Shown here piece after piece: positions 59,790 through 64,000 of a stretch of 64,000 nucleotides of DNA (positions are counted from its first letter, which is position 1; each line of letters begins with the position of its first letter). The DNA is taken from IMG/VR virus record IMGVR_UViG_3300046167_000876; one strand, 5' to 3'. The translations under genes were made by a program, and so were the position numbers. A model generated the notes under the pieces. It was not told the DNA's origin. It was given only the letters and a program-made list of their open reading frames with translations, and did no database searches. The DNA comes from a virus.

Positions 59790-60616
59790 AAATAGGAATT
59801 ATAGGACAAGGATTTGTAGGTAATGCTATATACCAAAAGTTTAAAAATTATTATAATGTAATAACTTATGATTTAAAACCAAATTTATGTAATTCTACAT
59901 TTGAAGAAGTAGCTAAACAATTAGTTATATTTGTTTGTCTTCCTACTCCAATGAATATGGATGGAAGTTGTAATATTGATTTAATTGAAAAAACTCTTTT
60001 AAAAATATCTCAATCTCCATCTCCAAATTTATTTAGAACAATAGTAATTAAATCAACAATCCCCCCAGGTACAACTGATAAATTAAATGCTAAATATGAT
60101 AATCTTCATATTATGTTTAATCCTGAATTTTTAACTGAAGCTAATGCTATAGAAGACTTTAATAATCAAAATAGAATAATTTTAGGAGGTCATAAAGATG
60201 TTACATCCTACCTTAAAACTATATACATTAAAGTATTTCCACAAGCACGTATAATTAAAACTGATTCAACTCATGCAGAAATGGTAAAGTATCTAATAAA
60301 TACATTTCTTTCAACCAAAGTATCTTTTGCAAATGAGATGTACGAAATAAGTAAATCATTAGGTATTGATTATGATAAGGTTATTGAGTATGCAACATTA
60401 GATGATAGATTAGGAAAATCACATTGGAATGTACCAGGACCAGATGGGGATTTTGGATTTGGTGGACATTGTTTTCCAAAAGACCTCCAGGCATTGATAT
60501 CATTAGCACACGATTTAAATGTATCCCCAAGAATATTAACAGCAGTTGATTGTAAAAACAATGATGTTAGAAAAAACAAAGATTGGAAACAAATGAGAGG
60601 GAGAGCTGTAATATAG
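59786..60616 (+). CDS. UDP-glucose/GDP-mannose dehydrogenase family protein (lacks C-terminal domain)
   Basis: GQGFVG, CLPTP, KSTIPPG, NPEFL, AE.VKY..N, GFGGHCFPKD. Confidence 0.88.
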   Translation: MKIGIIGQGFVGNAIYQKFKNYYNVITYDLKPNLCNSTFEEVAKQLVIFVCLPTPMNMDGSCNIDLIEKTLLKISQSPSPNLFRTIVIKSTIPPGTTDKLNAKYDNLHIMFNPEFLTEANAIEDFNNQNRIILGGHKDVTSYLKTIYIKVFPQARIIKTDSTHAEMVKYLINTFLSTKVSFANEMYEISKSLGIDYDKVIEYATLDDRLGKSHWNVPGPDGDFGFGGHCFPKDLQALISLAHDLNVSPRILTAVDCKNNDVRKNKDWKQMRGRAVI

Positions 60617-60678
60617 TTGTTTACCTAATCTCTTTTTCATATATTTATATATTGCAATTTAAATTTAAATAATAGTTA

Positions 60679-60825
60679 ATGACAACAACTCAACAATCAA
60701 ACAATGGGCAAACTCAAGTCAATAGTACTAGAGAAACGTTCAATGCAAAGGTATCCCGATTAAGTATGTTAGGGAGATCTAAAAAAGTTGCCTGGGACAA
60801 TGTAAGAAGAAACAGGTCAATTTAA
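60679..60825 (+). CDS. Small basic hypothetical protein (48 aa, not in ORF track)
   Basis: ATG ORF behind overlapping promoter motifs at 60616-60649. Confidence 0.5.
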   Translation: MTTTQQSNNGQTQVNSTRETFNAKVSRLSMLGRSKKVAWDNVRRNRSI

Positions 60826-60845
60826 CACTTAAAAAGTAATAAAAA

Positions 60846-61097
60846 ATGAAAATGATTCCTTGTATTAAATGTAAGGCAGATATGCCTGAATTAAGGTTAA
60901 CTCAATATGGTTATAAAGTATGTGTTAATTGTTCTAGTGTAAGCACTAAACGTGGCATCCCAGTAACAAGGGGTTCAGGTGATCATACTTGGACTGAAAC
61001 CGTAATAATGGAAGAAGATCAATATCAGTCTTTTGTAAACTCAACTTCTAAAGAAAGAGGTAGCAGTGGTGATACAGTAACCTTTAAATTAAATTAA
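60846..61097 (+). CDS. Zn-finger protein (DksA/TraR C4-like)
   Basis: CIKC...MPELRL...CVNC. Confidence 0.6.
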   Translation: MKMIPCIKCKADMPELRLTQYGYKVCVNCSSVSTKRGIPVTRGSGDHTWTETVIMEEDQYQSFVNSTSKERGSSGDTVTFKLN

Positions 61098-61714
61098 TGC
61101 CTAAGGCAAAACCTTTATCTAAAGAACAAATAGTAGCGGCTCAAGCGAAAACAAAATCTAATATGGCTGCTGCTCGTTATCTTCATGTGTCATATCAACA
61201 CTATAAGAAGTGGGCTAAGTTATATAAATTATTTGATGGACATAAAAATCAAAGTGGTAAAGGTATACCTAAGTTTTTAAAGGGGCCTAAAAAAATGCCT
61301 CATATGTTAGAAATAATTGAGGGTAGGATAGCTGCATCTTCATTTGATCCAAATAAACTTAAATATGCTCTAATAGAACAGGGATATTTATCAGAGGAAT
61401 GTTCTATATGTTCATTTAAAGAAAGAAGGGTATTAGATTACAAGATTCCTTTATTACTTCATTTCAAAGATAATAATAGTAATAATTATAGTTTAGATAA
61501 TGTACAGTTATTATGTTATAATCATTATTTTCTAACTGTAGGAGATGTTTTTAATGCTAAAGATGTAAAACAAATTGAATCAAAACAAGAACATTTTGGT
61601 ACAAGTGAAAAAGTAGAATGGGAAGTTGATGATTATCATTTACAACGTTTAAAAGAATTAGGATTAGGAGATGATGATGAAGATGATATTAATCAATATA
61701 TTTCAAGAATATGA
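61097..61714 (+). CDS. HTH plus HNH-like zinc-finger protein
   Basis: AARYLHVS HTH; CSIC...LH.KD....N...DN..LLCYNH. Confidence 0.65.
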   Translation: MPKAKPLSKEQIVAAQAKTKSNMAAARYLHVSYQHYKKWAKLYKLFDGHKNQSGKGIPKFLKGPKKMPHMLEIIEGRIAASSFDPNKLKYALIEQGYLSEECSICSFKERRVLDYKIPLLLHFKDNNSNNYSLDNVQLLCYNHYFLTVGDVFNAKDVKQIESKQEHFGTSEKVEWEVDDYHLQRLKELGLGDDDEDDINQYISRI

Positions 61715-61890
61715 AAAAATCTAGACGAGCTAAATCATTAGAAAAAAAACATCATAAAATTACTAAGGATTACGATAAACAAAAAGAACGTCATTTAGAA
61801 AAACTTGCATCAAAAACTTTGGCTAATGACGAAAAGTTTCGTAAATTACATGATAAGAAAATCAAGGGTGATTTCTTAAAAAATTTTTAA
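61711..61890 (+). CDS. Small basic hypothetical protein (59 aa, not in ORF track)
   Basis: ATGA overlap with previous stop; ends IKGDFLKNF. Confidence 0.55.
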   Translation: MKKSRRAKSLEKKHHKITKDYDKQKERHLEKLASKTLANDEKFRKLHDKKIKGDFLKNF

Positions 61891-61892
61891 TT

Positions 61893-62198
61893 ATGGAATT
61901 TGCACACAAATGGGAATTTGATAGTGAAGATGAATTAAATAATATCTTTACTGACGGTAAAAAAGAATTAAATGATCTAATTGTAGATATAGCATTAGAT
62001 AATTTGCATACTAAAATTAATGATATACCTGTACTATCAATCTATACTAAAGATACAGATATGTTTTATGATATTATGATTGAACGTCCTGATATGGTAG
62101 AAACATTAGAACAAAATCTTACAGCAATGGAGGAATATGAGGATTATGAACGTTGTTCTAAGATTATTAAAGCAATAGATTATCTTAAAAATCAATAA
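61893..62198 (+). CDS. Hypothetical acidic protein with UVR-like C-terminus
   Basis: EEYEDYERC..I. Confidence 0.6.
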   Translation: MEFAHKWEFDSEDELNNIFTDGKKELNDLIVDIALDNLHTKINDIPVLSIYTKDTDMFYDIMIERPDMVETLEQNLTAMEEYEDYERCSKIIKAIDYLKNQ

Positions 62199-62199
62199 T

Positions 62200-62787
62200 A
62201 TGAAAACTACGTTAAAAATTGGAATTATAGGAATATCAATTTTTTTACTAGCATTTAAAGATTATAGAGAAAAACTACTCCCAGTTACTCCAGTATTAGA
62301 TTTACCCGTTAAAGGTATAAATAATATTGAAGTTACACCATTAACGGTACCTCATATTGAATTAAAATCAAATTCCCATGAAGAATTTTTAAAAGCTATT
62401 GGATTTAAAGAATCAGGTAATAGATATGATGTTGTAAATCGTTTTGGTTATATGGGTAAATATCAATTTGGAAAACGAACACTCAGAGGTTTAGGATTTA
62501 AAGTAAGTAAAGAAGAATTTTTAAATTCCCCTGAAATTCAAGAAGCTGCTATGAGAAAATTACTCCAAACTAATAAAAAATATTTACAAAAATATATAGA
62601 TGAGTTTGAGGGAAAAGTAGTAAATGATATTCTAGTAACAGAATCAGGATTATTAGCTGCTGCACATTTAGGAGGTGCTGGGAGTGTTAAAAAATGGTTC
62701 CGTACTGGTAAAGTTAAAAAAGATGGTAATGGAGTTAAAATAACTACATATATGGAGCGTTTTTCTGGATATGATTTATATTTATAA
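62200..62787 (+). CDS. Membrane-anchored lysozyme-like/lytic transglycosylase
   Basis: N-terminal signal/TM; ES...Y, GKYQFG, AAAHLGGAG. Confidence 0.7.
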   Translation: MKTTLKIGIIGISIFLLAFKDYREKLLPVTPVLDLPVKGINNIEVTPLTVPHIELKSNSHEEFLKAIGFKESGNRYDVVNRFGYMGKYQFGKRTLRGLGFKVSKEEFLNSPEIQEAAMRKLLQTNKKYLQKYIDEFEGKVVNDILVTESGLLAAAHLGGAGSVKKWFRTGKVKKDGNGVKITTYMERFSGYDLYL

Positions 62788-62800
62788 GCAAAAATAGATT

Positions 62801-62935
62801 ATGGCAAGGATAGTTGTAAATAATTACACCCCAAATAGTAGAAAAAAACGCCCTGGGGTACATGCTAAAAGCAAAACTAGTAAATTAAAAAAAAGTAAAA
62901 ATTATGTCAAAGCGTATCGTGGTCAAGGGAGATAG
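62801..62935 (+). CDS. Small very basic protein ending YRGQGR (44 aa, not in ORF track)
   Basis: MARIVVNNYTPNSRKKRPGVHAKSKTSKLKKSKNYVKAYRGQGR; late motif at 62779. Confidence 0.7.
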   Translation: MARIVVNNYTPNSRKKRPGVHAKSKTSKLKKSKNYVKAYRGQGR

Positions 62936-62936
62936 T

Positions 62937-63098
62937 ATGGATTTAAGTACTATATCTTTATTTAACCATATGACAGATGATGATTTTCTAGCTGTACATA
63001 ATGCTGGACAATTAAAAAACTTATGTACGGCTTTATCATTAGATTTACAATCAATTAAAGATGAAAAAATTAAAACAAATAACACTTACACAGCATGA
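62937..63098 (+). CDS. Hypothetical protein
   Basis: ATG immediately after previous stop. Confidence 0.55.
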   Translation: MDLSTISLFNHMTDDDFLAVHNAGQLKNLCTALSLDLQSIKDEKIKTNNTYTA

Positions 63099-63219
63099 AT
63101 GGATTGATGCTATGAAACTTCCTACACCTCATAGGAATAAAAAGAAATACTATAGAAAAGAAAAACACAGAGCTGCTTGGAAAAGCGGCTCTTCTTCATT
63201 ATATTTACATAGTAAATAA
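63061..63219 (+). CDS. Small basic protein with KKYYRKEKH motif (52 aa, not in ORF track)
   Basis: MKKLKQITLTQHEWIDAMKLPTPHRNKKKYYRKEKHRAAWKSGSSSLYLHSK. Confidence 0.6.
   Translation: MKKLKQITLTQHEWIDAMKLPTPHRNKKKYYRKEKHRAAWKSGSSSLYLHSK
63169..63200 (+). terminator. GC-rich hairpin/terminator inside the 63061-63219 ORF
   Basis: AGAGCTGCTT-GGAA-AAGCGGCTCT followed by pyrimidine-rich TCTTCATT. Confidence 0.6.
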
Positions 63220-63224
63220 AGGTT

Positions 63225-63665
63225 ATGTTATACGAATTTAAAAATTATAATAAACACGGTAATGTAAGGACAAGGATAGTACCTGGTCCCAAGGGTAAAG
63301 CATTTAGTGTTAATCCAAAAGGTTTAGGTAATTATATTGGTGTTAGAGTATTCAAATATGAATATAAACATGAACTATTACCTCCAAGTTTATTAAGTAT
63401 AGGTGGTAAAAGATATATTGTTCCTACTTGGCAAGAAGTACTACCAGAAACTGAATTGAGTGATATAAAATGGATCAAACCAAAACCAAAGGTTAAACAA
63501 GAACCAATTATTGAGACCCATATTAGCAGTAGCAACGCAAATAAAACGTATAAAACAATATACTACCCAGAATCAGGTAAATTCCATTGCGATTGTCCAG
63601 GTAGATGGAGAGCGTTTGATAACCGTTGTAAACACATAAAATCATTAGAAAAAAAAGTAAAGTAA
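63225..63665 (+). CDS. SWIM zinc-finger protein
   Basis: CDCPG......CKH. Confidence 0.7.
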   Translation: MLYEFKNYNKHGNVRTRIVPGPKGKAFSVNPKGLGNYIGVRVFKYEYKHELLPPSLLSIGGKRYIVPTWQEVLPETELSDIKWIKPKPKVKQEPIIETHISSSNANKTYKTIYYPESGKFHCDCPGRWRAFDNRCKHIKSLEKKVK

Positions 63666-63677
63666 TGCGCGGGAAAT

Positions 63678-63735
63678 TTTGATACCCGGGCTAGGGTTCG
63701 TATATTTACCACGTTGATGCAGTTAAGCATCACGT
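63678..63735 (+). promoter_or_regulatory. Early promoter TTTG-N19-TATATT with 5' leader hairpin
   Basis: CGTATATT at 63699; ACGTTGATGC-AGTTAA-GCATCACGT at 63711-63735. Confidence 0.65.
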
Positions 63736-63752
63736 TAAAACCAATAAGAGTT

Positions 63753-63971
63753 ATGTATATTCAAGTCAAAAACACAACAAAGAAAAGAAACAACCAATTT
63801 AGAGTTCAAACAATGTCTGCTGGATTAAAAGAAATTAAATCTAGAGGATGGATTGTTAATGACTGTAAATTTGAGCAATTAAGAGATGAATTAGTTACTA
63901 ATAAGTACAAAGAATTAGATGGTAGAATGAATACCAGAGGTAAACAATTTGCACAAAGAGCTGGATTATAA
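63753..63971 (+). CDS. Hypothetical protein
   Basis: ATG ORF downstream of promoter and leader hairpin. Confidence 0.6.
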   Translation: MYIQVKNTTKKRNNQFRVQTMSAGLKEIKSRGWIVNDCKFEQLRDELVTNKYKELDGRMNTRGKQFAQRAGL

Positions 63972-64000
63972 ATTTAAAATAAATAGGTTATGAAATTATC

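Noticed and set aside
84-63535. Minus-strand ORFs in the track (e.g. 463-927, 17352-17699, 42822-43358)
   Set aside because: All lie antisense to clear + strand genes and have no motifs or promoters; typical shadow ORFs
1-64000. Stop-codon reassignment; tRNA/rRNA genes
   Set aside because: TAA, TAG and TGA all terminate genes at sensible ends under the standard code; no cloverleaf or rRNA-like segment seen by eye (tRNAscan not run)

Overview
This is a strongly AT-rich segment of a large myovirus-type (T4-like architecture) phage genome, with essentially all genes on the + strand. The host is most likely Bacteroidota/Flavobacteriia: there are about 16 promoters with Bacteroidota-like -33/-7 geometry, a T9SS C-terminal sorting domain, and DUF4494-like and Hc1-like small genes. 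Gene order: tail sheath, tube, chaperone, tape measure and baseplate (1-12.3 kb); divergent PolA, SSB, RecA/UvsX, 5'-3' exonuclease, DnaB helicase and RNR (12.3-21.1 kb); a late cassette with a T9SS-sorted Cys-repeat protein, a beta-barrel, a membrane protein and a Trx-fold protein, then lysis-like genes (21.2-30.2 kb); a 7-deazaguanine cluster (TGT/DpdA-like, queC, queD, queE, folE) with PRTase and MazG-like genes, followed by a split family-B polymerase (30.9-40.9 kb); clamp, Hsp20, GroES/GroEL and clamp loader (41-48 kb); a 12-kb nucleotide-sugar/glycosyltransferase island (48.4-60.6 kb); small early genes. Most notable observations: (1) a recurring hidden layer of +1-frame nested ORFs, several membrane-like, inside core enzyme genes with visibly distorted codon usage; (2) a phage-encoded T9SS cargo/outer-membrane cassette; (3) a possible pre-replicative 7-deazaguanine pathway; (4) a long-range RNA duplex bracketing hsp20; (5) an ArfA/BrfA-like nonstop architecture; (6) a +1/-2 tail-chaperone frameshift. 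Six single-base indels break genes and are probably sequencing errors. All calls rest on motif recognition by eye; no searches were run.
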